Shown here: piece after piece, positions 32,926-42,906 of the stretch
How positions within the stretch are numbered: the first letter of the stretch is position 1
Layout: each line of letters begins with the position of its first letter
Assembly (NCBI GenBank): GCA_963767005.1
Contig: CAVYCN010000006.1
Span: 160,001-224,000, forward strand
Direction: 5' to 3'
DNA length: 64,000 nt
Origin: an uncultured Actinomycetes bacterium
GTDB lineage: Bacteria > Actinomycetota > Thermoleophilia > UBA2241
Made by a program: the position numbers and the translations under genes
The notes under the pieces: model-generated
What the model was told of the DNA's origin: nothing
Database searches by the model: none
What the model saw: only the letters and a program-made list of their open reading frames with translations

Positions 32926-34661
32926 GACTTCTTCTCCCGCGTGCGGCGGCCCGACTTGCCGCCGATCATCTCGGTGATGGCCTGGCCGGCCGGCACCATC
33001 GGAAAGACGTTCTCTTCGGGGGCCACCTTGAAGTCGATCACCGTGGGCCGCCCGCTCGCGATCGCCTCGCGTAGCGCGTCGCCCACGTCGCCTGCCTCGG
33101 TCACGCGCATGCCCTTGGCGCCGAAGGCCTCGGCGAGCAGGGCGAAGTCGGGCTGCACGGCGATGCAGGTGAACGCGTAGCGCTTGTTCCAGAACAGGTC
33201 CTGCCACTGGCGCACCATGCCGAGGTAGCCGTTGTTCAGGATGGCGACCACGACCGGAACGTCGTAGTTCACCGCCGTGGCGAGCTCCTGCATGGTCATC
33301 TGGAAGCCGCCGTCGCCGCTCACGTCGATCACCGTACGGTCGGGGCAGCCGATCTTGGCGCCGATCGCGGCCGGCAGGCCGAAGCCCATGGTGCCGAGGC
33401 CGCCGGAGCTGATCCACTGGCGCGGGTAGCTGAAGTGGTAGTAGAGCGTCGCCCACATCTGATGCTGGCCGACGTCGGTCACGACCACGGCCTCGCCGCC
33501 GGTGACGCGCTCGATCTCCTCGATCACGAACTCGGGCGCGATCGTGCCGTCGGTCGGCTCGTCGTAATGCAGCGGGTACTCGGCCTTCCAGCCGTCGATG
33601 CGCGCGAGCCAGGCGTCGGTGCGACCGGCCGCCAGCTCCATGTTCCGCAGGTCGGCGACGAGGGCGGCGAGCACGTGGCGAGCGTCGCCGACGATCGGGA
33701 TGCTGGGCTCGACGTTCTTACCGATCTCGGCCGGGTCGACGTCGATGTGGACGATCGCCTTGGCCTGCGGCGCGAAGGCCGACAGCTTGCCGGTGACGCG
33801 GTCGTCGAAGCGCGCCCCCACGGCGACCAGCAGGTCGCACTCGTGCACGGCGTAGTTGGCCGTGACGGTGCCGTGCATGCCGAGCGTGCCCAGCGAGAGC
33901 GGGTGCCGGCTGGGGAAGCTGCCCAGGCCCATGTGGGTGGTCGTGACCGGCACCCGCAGCAGCTCGGCGAGCGCGCGCAGCTCGTCGGCGGCGCCGGCGC
34001 TGATCACGCCGCCGCCGACGTAGAGCACCGGGCGCTCGGCATCGACCAGGGCGCGGGCCGCCGCGCGGATCTGCTTGACGTGGCCCTTGAGCGTGGGCCG
34101 GTACCCGGGAAGCTGCGGCCCGTCGGGCCGCTTGTAGGCGACCTCGGCGAGCTCGGCCGTGACGGGGATGTCGATCACGACCGGCCCCGGCCGGCCGGTC
34201 GAGGCGATGTGGAAGGCCTCGTGGATGACCTGCGGGATGTCGGCCGGACGGTGGACCAGGTAGGAGTGCTTGACGATCGGCAGGGTGATGCCGGTGACGT
34301 CGGCCTCCTGGAAGGCGTCGGTGCCGATCAGGTCGTCCTTGACCTGGCCGGTGATCGCGACCAGCGGGATCGAGTCGAGGTAGGCGTTGGCGATGCCGGT
34401 CACCAGGTTGGTGGCGCCGGGGCCGCTCGTGGCCAGGCACACGCCGACCTTGCCGGTGGCGCGCGCGTAGCCGTCGGCGGCGTGCACCGCGCCTTGCTCG
34501 TGGCGCACAAGCACGTGGCGCAGGTGGCCGGCGTCGTACAGGGCGTCGTAGAGCGGGATCACCATCCCGCCGGGAAAGCCGAACAGCGTGTCGCAGCCCT
34601 CGGCCTCGAGCGAGGCGACGATGGCCTGCGCACCCTTCATCTTCGTGGTCTGTGGCGTCAT
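32922..34661 (-). CDS. ilvB: Acetolactate synthase large subunit
   Basis: [29 protein letters not shown] ThDP motif, [12 protein letters not shown]. Confidence 0.97.
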   Translation of the reverse strand: MTPQTTKMKGAQAIVASLEAEGCDTLFGFPGGMVIPLYDALYDAGHLRHVLVRHEQGAVHAADGYARATGKVGVCLATSGPGATNLVTGIANAYLDSIPLVAITGQVKDDLIGTDAFQEADVTGITLPIVKHSYLVHRPADIPQVIHEAFHIASTGRPGPVVIDIPVTAELAEVAYKRPDGPQLPGYRPTLKGHVKQIRAAARALVDAERPVLYVGGGVISAGAADELRALAELLRVPVTTTHMGLGSFPSRHPLSLGTLGMHGTVTANYAVHECDLLVAVGARFDDRVTGKLSAFAPQAKAIVHIDVDPAEIGKNVEPSIPIVGDARHVLAALVADLRNMELAAGRTDAWLARIDGWKAEYPLHYDEPTDGTIAPEFVIEEIERVTGGEAVVVTDVGQHQMWATLYYHFSYPRQWISSGGLGTMGFGLPAAIGAKIGCPDRTVIDVSGDGGFQMTMQELATAVNYDVPVVVAILNNGYLGMVRQWQDLFWNKRYAFTCIAVQPDFALLAEAFGAKGMRVTEAGDVGDALREAIASGRPTVIDFKVAPEENVFPMVPAGQAITEMIGGKSGRRTREKKS

Positions 34662-36316
34662 CGAAGGACAGCCCCCTTCTCCGCACCGGAGACGAGTTTG
34701 ACGTACCGGGCGAGGTAGCCCGTGAGCTCGGGGCGCGGCGGCGCGACCTTCGTGGCGCGCCGCCGCTCGAGTACGGCGACGTCGACGTCGAGCGTGAGGC
34801 TGCGGCCGGGGATGTCGATGACGATGGTGTCGCCGTCTTCGACCAGGCCGATCGCACCGCCGGCCTGGGCTTCGGGGGCGACGTGGCCGATCGCGGCGCC
34901 CCGCGTGGCGCCGCTGAAACGGCCGTCGGTGATGAGGGCGACGTCGTGGTCGCGGCCCTGGCCGGCCAGCATCGAGGTGGCGGCCAGCATCTCGGGCATG
35001 CCGGGCGCGCCCTTAGGGCCTTCGTTGCGCACCACCAGGACCGAGCCGCTCGCGATGTCGCCGGCGGCGATGGCCGCGACTGCGGCCTTCTCGCTTTCGA
35101 ACACGCGCGCCGGACCGCTGTGGCGCAGCATCTCGTCGGCCACGGCGCCCTCCTTGACCACGGCGCCGGCCGGCGCCAGGTTGCCGAAGAGCACGGCCAG
35201 GCCGCCGGTGGCGTGGTAGGGCCGGTCGAGCGGCCGCACGACCTCGTCGTCGAGCACGCGGGCGCCGGCCACGGCGTCGGCCATGGTGCCGCCGGCCACC
35301 GTGCGCGCCGCGCCGTCGATGAGACCGGCGTCGAGCAGGCGCTTGAGGACGGCCTGGATGCCGCCCGCGTGGTAGAGGTCCTCCATGTGGTGCGGGCCGG
35401 CCGGCGCGAGCAGGCAGAGGTGCGGCACGCGGGCGGCGACCTCGTTGACGCGCTCGAGCGGGAACTCGAGGCCCGCCTCGGTGGCGATCGCCGCCAGGTG
35501 CAGCACGGTGTTGGTGCTGCAGCCCAGGCTGGCGTCGGCCGCCAGGGCGTTGCCCACGGCGGCGTCGGTCAGGATGTCGCGCGGCTTGAGGTCGGCGGCC
35601 AGCACGTCCATGACCTTGACGCCACTCTCCTTGGCGAAGCGCAGACGCTCGCTGTAGGGCGCCGGGATGGTGCCGTTGCCGGGCAGCGCCAGGCCGATCA
35701 CCTCGGCGAGGCAGTTCATGGAGTTCGCCGTGAACATGCCGGAGCACGAGCCGCACGTGGGGCAGGCGCTGCATTCGACGGCGGCAAGACCCGCCTCGTC
35801 GAGCGTGCCGGCCTGCACGCGGCCGACGGCCTCGAACACGCTGTTCAGGTCGACCGTGCGCCCGTCGAGGCGGCCGGCGAGCATGGGACCGCCGCTCACC
35901 ATGACGCACGGCACGTTCAGACGCATCGCGGCCATGAGCATGCCGGGGATGATCTTGTCGCAGCACGGCACGAGCACGAGGGCGTCGAAGGCCTGGGCCC
36001 GCGCCATCGACTCGACCGTGTCGGCCACGAGCTCGCGGCTGGGCAGCGAGTAGTGCATGCCGGGATGGTCCATGGCGATGCCGTCGCAGATGCCCATGAC
36101 GCCGAACTCGAAGGGCACGCCGCCGGCCTGGCGCACGCCGGCCTTGACGGCCTCGACGATCTTGTCGAGGTGCATGTGACCGGGCACGACCTCGCTGAAC
36201 GAGTTGGCGATGCCGATGAACGGGCGCTCCATCTCAGCGTCGGTCACGCCCAGGGCCCGCAGCAGCGAGCGATGCGGGGCGCGCGCCGCGCCGAGCTTGA
36301 TCTCGTCGCTTCTCAC
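34658..36316 (-). CDS. ilvD: Dihydroxy-acid dehydratase
   Basis: [36 protein letters not shown]. Confidence 0.97.
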   Translation of the reverse strand: MRSDEIKLGAARAPHRSLLRALGVTDAEMERPFIGIANSFSEVVPGHMHLDKIVEAVKAGVRQAGGVPFEFGVMGICDGIAMDHPGMHYSLPSRELVADTVESMARAQAFDALVLVPCCDKIIPGMLMAAMRLNVPCVMVSGGPMLAGRLDGRTVDLNSVFEAVGRVQAGTLDEAGLAAVECSACPTCGSCSGMFTANSMNCLAEVIGLALPGNGTIPAPYSERLRFAKESGVKVMDVLAADLKPRDILTDAAVGNALAADASLGCSTNTVLHLAAIATEAGLEFPLERVNEVAARVPHLCLLAPAGPHHMEDLYHAGGIQAVLKRLLDAGLIDGAARTVAGGTMADAVAGARVLDDEVVRPLDRPYHATGGLAVLFGNLAPAGAVVKEGAVADEMLRHSGPARVFESEKAAVAAIAAGDIASGSVLVVRNEGPKGAPGMPEMLAATSMLAGQGRDHDVALITDGRFSGATRGAAIGHVAPEAQAGGAIGLVEDGDTIVIDIPGRSLTLDVDVAVLERRRATKVAPPRPELTGYLARYVKLVSGAEKGAVLR

Positions 36317-36566
36317 GTCCTCAATCGCCTTTCGTCGGAGGTCGTCGCCGGAGGGGGTGGGGTGCCGGGCGCAAGGGCGGCCCGGGCTTGCCGCTCCAAC
36401 CGGCCCGGCAGACCCATTATGATACCTGAATGCGTGCGGGCGGCCAGGGCAGGTTCGCCCGTCTCGACGACGGGGTATCTGCTCGGGCGGCGGGCGACCT
36501 CGCCAGCCGGGGTCGCGACCTCGCGGACTTGGCGGCGACATGGCAGATGTTTCAGAGGAGGGCAAC

Positions 36567-36890
36567 GTGGCAGACGTGGTCAAGGAACTGACCGACGATA
36601 CGTTCCAGCAGACCGTCGACGAGGCGACGAAGCCGGTCATCGTCGACTTCTGGGCGGCCTGGTGCGGTCCGTGCCGCACGGTGGGACCGATCGTCGAGGA
36701 CCTCGCCGGCACGCACGCCGACAAGGTGATGGTCGGCAAGCTCAACGTCGACGACAACCAGGCGACGGCCGCCAAGTTCGGGATCATGAGCATCCCCACG
36801 CTCATCCTCTTCAAGGACGGCAAGCCCGTGAAGAAGATCATCGGCGTGCGCAGTAAGGGCGACCTGGAGCGCGAGTTCGAGCTCGTCTAG
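36567..36890 (+). CDS. trxA: Thioredoxin
   Basis: DFWAAWCGPC, SIPTL; GGAGG SD before the GTG. Confidence 0.95.
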   Translation: MADVVKELTDDTFQQTVDEATKPVIVDFWAAWCGPCRTVGPIVEDLAGTHADKVMVGKLNVDDNQATAAKFGIMSIPTLILFKDGKPVKKIIGVRSKGDLEREFELV

Positions 36891-37036
36891 CGCGCCGGCG
36901 CCCGCGACGCCGACCGGCGCGAGCCGGGCGCGCGGGCGCCGACCGGTCCCTCGGACAGGCGACGGGGGCCGGGGCGATCCTCTCGGATCGCCCCGGCCCC
37001 CGTCGCGCACCGACGTGTTCGCCGTGACGGCGGCTG

Positions 37037-37378
37037 CTACCTGATGGCTGCCTCGCCACGCTCGCCCGTGCGCGTGCGCACCGCGTCCTCGACGGCGCTC
37101 ACGAAGATCTTGCCCTGGCCGATCCGGCCCTTCTCGAGGGCCTTGCGCAGGCTCGCCACGACCCGCTCGACGTCCTCGTCGCCGACCACCATCTCGACCT
37201 TCATCTTGGGATGGAAGCGGTACTGATCCGGGGCGCCACTCTCACCGCGCGTGAAGCCCTTCTGCACGCCGAAGCCTTTGGCCTCGGTCACGGTCATGCC
37301 CACGACGCCCTCGACGGCCAGGTTCTCGGCTACGGTGTCGAGGTTGTAGGGCTGGATGATGCACTCAATCTTCTTCAT
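37037..37378 (-). CDS. P-II family nitrogen regulator (atypical T-loop)
   Basis: MKKIECII.P, GMTVTEAKGFG.QKG, IGQGKIFV, RTGERGE. Confidence 0.9.
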   Translation of the reverse strand: MKKIECIIQPYNLDTVAENLAVEGVVGMTVTEAKGFGVQKGFTRGESGAPDQYRFHPKMKVEMVVGDEDVERVVASLRKALEKGRIGQGKIFVSAVEDAVRTRTGERGEAAIR

Positions 37379-37542
37379 CGACGGCCTCCAGGTTCTGCGC
37401 TCGACCGGCTCCTGCACGACGTCCTTCGGACGCAGGATCGCCCATTCATCCCCGAGGCCATGGGTGGGCAAACCGCGCTGCCGCAGCTTCGCCGAAAGAG
37501 ACGAGCCGGCACGCGGCGGTGGCGGAAACGGCCACCAAGACA

Positions 37543-37581
37543 AGCGGCGGGGCGCGCTCCTTGCGGAGCCCACCCCGCCGC
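37543..37581 (-). terminator. Hairpin downstream of gdhA
   Basis: gcggcgggg...gctcc-ttgc-ggagc...ccccgccgc. Confidence 0.5.
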
Positions 37582-37653
37582 TGCCTGCGGGCGTCTCTCA
37601 GGCCGCTCCCGCGGCCGCCCCTGCGGGCCGGCCCCGGGACACGAGCGGTCGGA

Positions 37654-39033
37654 TCAGACGAGACCCTGGTCGAGCATGCTGTCGGCGACCTTGACGAAAC
37701 CGGCGATGTTCGCGCCGTTCACGTAGTTGCCGGGCGTGTCGTACTCGTTGGCCGCGTCGACGCACTGCTTGTGGATGGCCTTCATGATCCCGTGGAGACG
37801 GGTGTCGACCTCTTCGCGCGTCCAGGCCAGGCGCAGGCTGTTCTGGCTCATCTCGAGACCGGAGGTGGCCACGCCGCCGGCGTTGGCGGCCTTGCCGGGG
37901 CCGTAGAGGATGCCGGCCTTGACGAACTGCTCGACGCCTTCGGGGACCGTCGGCATGTTGGCGCCTTCGGAGACCACGTACACGCCGTTCTTCAGCAGGT
38001 TGGCGGCGTCCTTGGCGTTGATCTCGTTCTGGACGGCGCTCGGGAAGGCCGCGTCGGCCTTGATGTCCCACAGCGGGTTGTGGTCGGCGTTCCTGTCGAT
38101 CGGGTAGAACTTGGCGCCGAACTTGTCGGCATACTCCTTGATGCGGCCGCGCTTGACGTTCTTGAGCTCGAGCAGGAAGGCGAGCTTCTCGCGATCGATG
38201 CCCTCGGCGTCATGAATGAAGCCGCTCGAGTCGGACAGCGTGACGGCCTTGCCGCCCAGGTCGAGGATCTTCTCGACGGTGTACTGGGCGACGTTGCCCG
38301 AACCGCTGACCAGGCAGGTCTTGCCCTCGAGGGTGTCGTCGCGCGTGTTCAGCATCTCCTCGGCGAAGTAGACCGCGCCGTAGCCGGTCGCCTCGGGACG
38401 GATCAGCGAGCCGCCCCAGTTGAGGCCCTTGCCCGTCAGCACGCCGACGAACTCGTTGCGGATGCGCTTGTACTGGCCGAACATGAAGCCGATCTCGCGA
38501 CCGCCGACGCCGATGTCGCCGGCGGGGACATCGGTGAACTGGCCGATGTGCCGGCTGAGCTCGGTCATGAAGCTCTGGCAGAAGCGCATGACCTCGCCGT
38601 CGCTCTTGCCCTTGGGGTCGAAGTTCGAGCCGCCCTTGCCGCCGCCCATGGGGAGCGTGGTGAGAGCGTTCTTGAAGACCTGCTCGAAGGCGAGGAACTT
38701 GAGCATGCCGAGGTAGACGGTCGGATGGAAGCGCAGGCCGCCCTTGTAGGGGCCGATGGCGCTGTTCATCTCGATGCGGAAGCCCTTCTGGATCTGGATC
38801 TCGCCCTTGTCGTCGACCCAGGGGACACGGAACATGATGACGCGCTCGGGCTCGATGATGCGCTCGAGGATCTTGGCTTCGCGGTACTTGGGGTGGCGCG
38901 CGAGCACGGGCTCGAGCGACTCGGCGACTTCCTGGACGGCCTGGTGGAACTCGAGCTCGCCCTGGTTCTTGGCCACGACGTCGGCCATGAGCTTCTTCAC
39001 GTACTCGGTCTTCGGTGCGGTAACCACGCTCAC
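37654..39033 (-). CDS. gdhA: NADP-specific glutamate dehydrogenase
   Basis: GPYKGGLRFHP, MGGGKGG, DVPAGDIGVG, RPEATGYG, GSGNVA, KAANAGGV. Confidence 0.96.
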   Translation of the reverse strand: MSVVTAPKTEYVKKLMADVVAKNQGELEFHQAVQEVAESLEPVLARHPKYREAKILERIIEPERVIMFRVPWVDDKGEIQIQKGFRIEMNSAIGPYKGGLRFHPTVYLGMLKFLAFEQVFKNALTTLPMGGGKGGSNFDPKGKSDGEVMRFCQSFMTELSRHIGQFTDVPAGDIGVGGREIGFMFGQYKRIRNEFVGVLTGKGLNWGGSLIRPEATGYGAVYFAEEMLNTRDDTLEGKTCLVSGSGNVAQYTVEKILDLGGKAVTLSDSSGFIHDAEGIDREKLAFLLELKNVKRGRIKEYADKFGAKFYPIDRNADHNPLWDIKADAAFPSAVQNEINAKDAANLLKNGVYVVSEGANMPTVPEGVEQFVKAGILYGPGKAANAGGVATSGLEMSQNSLRLAWTREEVDTRLHGIMKAIHKQCVDAANEYDTPGNYVNGANIAGFVKVADSMLDQGLV

Positions 39034-39641
39034 TTCAGAGCCCTCCCTATGGGAACGTTAGGACGGAAAAGACGAGACGGACGAGCCGCGCGACGCGTGC
39101 TGTGTGCGACGGCGTCCGGAGACGAGGTAGTGCGGTCTCTACCAACCTCCAAACGGGCCGGGCCGGTGGCGGCCCGCGGTCGAGGTGCAGGTCGCCCGCG
39201 AGTATACGACCGGCCCTTGCAGGCCATCGCGCCACCAAACTGCCAAGAGTTACAAACTTGGCGGGGGCGCGGTGGCCCAAGCGGCCAAGCAGTATGGCCA
39301 CATGGGCCGACCGTTCATACAAACGGCGGGAACACCACGGCCCGTCGCGACCCGGCGAGCGCCCGCCGGAACGCGTACCGTCCCCGACGGGCCCGGCGCG
39401 CCATCAGGCTCGGCTTTTGTGCAGCCTGGCCAAGGACCACCCCCTCGTCGCGCCGCTTTTTCGGACGAAGCGACGAACGACCGCGCCTCCCGTCCCCTAT
39501 AGTGGGTCGGGAAGCCACGATGCGCCGGTGAGAGACCCACGCGCGTCGCGCGCCCGCGTCCGGCGCCGCTCCGGCGGCCGCGACGCCCCACGGTCGTCTG
39601 ACTCGCGCCGACAAGGCTCGTGCTAGGAAGGAGCAGGCTCG

Positions 39642-41138
39642 ATGGCACGCACTGCAGAGGAATTCGTCCAGAGCATCGCCGACCTCGACCTCGAGATCTA
39701 TCTGTTCGGTGAGCGGGTCCACGACTACGTGAACCACCCGGTCATCCGCCCGTCCCTCAACTGCATCGCGATGACCTACGAGCTCGCGGCCAAGCCGGAA
39801 TACGAAGACCTGATGACGGCCACCAGCCACATCACCGGCAAGAAGGTCAACCGCTTCACCCACATCCACCAGTCGACCGACGACCTCGTCAAGAAGGTCA
39901 AGATGCAGCGCCTGCTGGGCCAGAAGACGGGCTCGTGCTTCCAGCGCTGCGTCGGCATGGACGCGATCAACGCCCTGTGGTCGGTCACCTGGGAGACCGA
40001 TCAGGCCAGGGGCACGACCTATCACGAGAAGTTCCGCGACTACGTGCGGTTCCTGCAGGACGAGGACCTGGTCGCCGACGGCGCCATGACCGACGTCAAG
40101 GGCGACCGCGGCAAGTCGCCGTCGCAGCAGGCCGACCCCGACCTCTACCTGCACATCGTCGAGCGCCGCGACGACGGCATCGTCGTACGCGGCGCCAAAG
40201 CCCACCAGACCGGCGCCTGCAACTCGCACGAGATCCTCGTCATGCCGACCGTCGCCATGCGCGAGGGCGACGAGGACTACGCCGTGTCCTTCTCGACGCC
40301 GGCCAACGCGCCCGGCATCTTCTACGTGTACGGGCGCCAGTCGTGCGACACCCGCAAGCTCGAAGAGAACGAGCTCGACGTCGGCAACGCGCGCTTCGGC
40401 GGCCACGAGGCCCTCATGATCTTCGACGACGTGTTCGTGCCCTGGGAGCGCGTGTACATGGCCGGCGAGATCGAGTTCTCGGGCGCCCTCGTCGAGCGCT
40501 TCGCCGGCTTCCACCGCCAGAGCTACGGCGGCTGCAAGGTCGGCGTGGGCGACGTGCTGATCGGCGCGACGGCCCTGGCCGCCGAGTACAACGGCGCCGC
40601 CAAGGCGAGCCACGTCAAGGACAAGATCATCGAGATGACGCACCTGAACGAGACCCTGTTCTCGTGCGGTATCGCCTGCTCGGCCGAGGGCGTCAAGATG
40701 CCGGCCGGCAACTACCAGATCGACATGCTGCTGGCCAACGTCTGCAAGCAGAACGTCACGCGCTTCCCCTACGAGATCGCGCGCCTGGCCGAGGACATCG
40801 CCGGCGGCCTCATGGTGACCATGCCCTCGGCCCAGGACCTCTTCGCCGAGAAGACCGGCCCGTGGGTCGAGAAGCTCCTGGCCGCGCAGTGCGACACGCC
40901 GACGATCGACCGCATGCGCGTCATGCGCCTGATCGAGAACCTCACGCTGGGCACGGCGGCGGTGGGTTACCGCACCGAGTCGATGCACGGCGCCGGCTCG
41001 CCGCAGGCGCAGCGCATCATGATCGCGCGCCAGTCCAACGTGGAGCACAAGAAGCAGCTCGCCCGCGAGCTCGCCGGTGTCGGTACGCCGGTCGACGCCC
41101 AGAAGGCGAAGCTGCGCAAGCCCGTCGGAGTCAAGTGA
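39642..41138 (+). CDS. abfD: 4-hydroxybutyryl-CoA dehydratase
   Basis: CFQRCVG and FHRQSYGGCK [4Fe-4S] ligands, AMTDVKGDR, ESMHGAGSPQAQR. Confidence 0.93.
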   Translation: MARTAEEFVQSIADLDLEIYLFGERVHDYVNHPVIRPSLNCIAMTYELAAKPEYEDLMTATSHITGKKVNRFTHIHQSTDDLVKKVKMQRLLGQKTGSCFQRCVGMDAINALWSVTWETDQARGTTYHEKFRDYVRFLQDEDLVADGAMTDVKGDRGKSPSQQADPDLYLHIVERRDDGIVVRGAKAHQTGACNSHEILVMPTVAMREGDEDYAVSFSTPANAPGIFYVYGRQSCDTRKLEENELDVGNARFGGHEALMIFDDVFVPWERVYMAGEIEFSGALVERFAGFHRQSYGGCKVGVGDVLIGATALAAEYNGAAKASHVKDKIIEMTHLNETLFSCGIACSAEGVKMPAGNYQIDMLLANVCKQNVTRFPYEIARLAEDIAGGLMVTMPSAQDLFAEKTGPWVEKLLAAQCDTPTIDRMRVMRLIENLTLGTAAVGYRTESMHGAGSPQAQRIMIARQSNVEHKKQLARELAGVGTPVDAQKAKLRKPVGVK

Positions 41139-41166
41139 GCGATCGGCGGCGAGCGGCGGAGCGACC

Positions 41167-41457
41167 GTGCGCATCGTGTTCTGCGGAGGCTGCAACCCGG
41201 TGATCGATCGCGTGGCCCTGGCCGACGCGCTGACGGCCGACCCCCGCCTGGCCGACCTCGACGTCGAGGTCGATGTCTCAGGTTGCTCGCGCTCGTGCGC
41301 GGCCGCCCAGGAGCTCACGAGCGACCGCCCCGACGTGCTCATCGTCGCAGGCCGTCATCTCGACGGCCGGCCGCTCGACGAGACCGAGCTCGCCGCGGCG
41401 ATCACACGGCGGCTCACAGACGCCGACGCCGACGACCCCTCTTCCCCGACCGAGTGA
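41167..41457 (+). CDS. Small Cys-rich protein (CGGCNP...CSRSC)
   Basis: MRIVFCGGCNPVIDR...SGCSRSCA; inside the abfD operon, GGAG SD. Confidence 0.75.
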   Translation: MRIVFCGGCNPVIDRVALADALTADPRLADLDVEVDVSGCSRSCAAAQELTSDRPDVLIVAGRHLDGRPLDETELAAAITRRLTDADADDPSSPTE

Positions 41458-41465
41458 GGAGACCG

Positions 41466-42800
41466 ATGGACTGGAAGGCCGACTACGCCCGCAAGGTGAC
41501 GACCGCCGACGAAGCTCTGAAGGTCGTCAAGTCGGGCGATCGGGTGGTGTTCGCGCACGCCTGCGGCGAGCCTCTGGAGCTGGTCGACGCCCTGGTGGCG
41601 CGCGCTCCCGAGCTGCGCGACGTCGAGATCGTGCACATGGTGGCGATGGGCAAGGGCGAGTATGCGAAGCCCGAGTACGCCGAGAGCTTCTACCACAACT
41701 CGCTGTTCGTGGGGGCCAGCACCCGCGACGCCGTGGCCAACGGGCGCGGCGATTACACGCCGGTCTTCTTTCACGAGATCCCGGGCCTGTTCACCGGCGG
41801 CTACCTGCCGCCCGACGTGGTGCTCGCCCAAGTCTCGCCGCCCGACAAGCACGGCTGGTGCTCGTTTGGCATCTCGGTCGACTACACCAAGCCGGCGGCC
41901 TCGGTCGCGGGGACGGTCATCGCCCTCGTCAACCCCAACATGCCGCGCACCCACGGCGACTCCTTCATCCACGTGAGCGACATCGATATCGCGGTCGAGA
42001 CCGAGGCCCCGATCCTCGAACTCCAGCCGCCCACGATCGGCCCCGTCGAGGAGGCCATCGGCAAGAACATCGCGAGCCTCGTCGGCGACGGCTCCTGCCT
42101 GCAGCTCGGCATCGGCGGCATCCCCGACGCCGTGCTGCTCTTCCTGCACGGCAAGAGCGACCTCGGCATCCACACCGAGATGTTCAGTGAGGGCGTCGTC
42201 GACCTCTACGAGGAGGGCGTGATCACCAACCGCTGCAAAGTCCTGCAGCCCGACAAGATGGTCGCCAACTTCCTCATGGGCACCCGCCGCCTGTACGACT
42301 TCGTCGACGACAACCCGGCCGTCAACATGTTCCCGGTGAGCTACGTCAACGACCCGTACGTGATCGGCGAGAACCCCAACGTGGTCGCGATCAACTCGGC
42401 CATCCAGGTCGACCTCATGGGCCAGGTCGTGGCCGACTCGATGGGCGCCAAGCAGTTCACCGGCATCGGCGGCCAGGTCGACTTCGTGCGGGGCGCCGCG
42501 CGCAGCAAGGGCGGCAAGTCGATCATCGCCCTGCCGGCTACGGCCAAGGGCGGCGAGGTCTCGCGCATCGTGGCGCAGATCTCAGCCGGCGCCGCGGTGA
42601 CCACCATGCGTGCCGACGTCGACTACGTCGTCACCGAGTTCGGCATCGCCAGCCTCAAGGGCCGCTCGCTGCGCGAACGCGCCTACGCCCTGCTCGACAT
42701 CGCCGACCCGCGCTTCCGCGAACCGATCATCGACGAGCTCAGGACGCTCAAGGGCGAGGCCTGGCTGCGCCCCCGTCGCGCCGTGGCCGAGAAGGCCTGA
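41466..42800 (+). CDS. 4-hydroxybutyrate CoA-transferase (acetyl-CoA hydrolase/transferase family, Cat2/AbfT-like)
   Basis: LQLGIGGIP, GIHTEM catalytic Glu, GGQVDFVRGA, VVTEFG. Confidence 0.88.
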   Translation: MDWKADYARKVTTADEALKVVKSGDRVVFAHACGEPLELVDALVARAPELRDVEIVHMVAMGKGEYAKPEYAESFYHNSLFVGASTRDAVANGRGDYTPVFFHEIPGLFTGGYLPPDVVLAQVSPPDKHGWCSFGISVDYTKPAASVAGTVIALVNPNMPRTHGDSFIHVSDIDIAVETEAPILELQPPTIGPVEEAIGKNIASLVGDGSCLQLGIGGIPDAVLLFLHGKSDLGIHTEMFSEGVVDLYEEGVITNRCKVLQPDKMVANFLMGTRRLYDFVDDNPAVNMFPVSYVNDPYVIGENPNVVAINSAIQVDLMGQVVADSMGAKQFTGIGGQVDFVRGAARSKGGKSIIALPATAKGGEVSRIVAQISAGAAVTTMRADVDYVVTEFGIASLKGRSLRERAYALLDIADPRFREPIIDELRTLKGEAWLRPRRAVAEKA

Positions 42801-42906
42801 AGGGAGCCGGCCGTCTGCCTGCTGTGAGAACGAGCCATTCGCCGAGCGCCGTCCGGCGTCACCGGGCCGGCGCGCGCGAGACCAGCCGACCGAAGGAGAG
42901 ACCGAC

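Noticed and set aside
36313-36417. uORF ending in a GTGA overlap with ilvD
   Set aside because: Its ATG lies in or beside the probable -10 (TATCATAAT), so it is unlikely to be transcribed; no run of branched-chain codons
39405-39420. Sigma54-like -24/-12 (AGGCTCGGCTTTTGT) upstream of abfD
   Set aside because: The invariant GC at -12 is GT, and no enhancer-binding protein gene lies in the window
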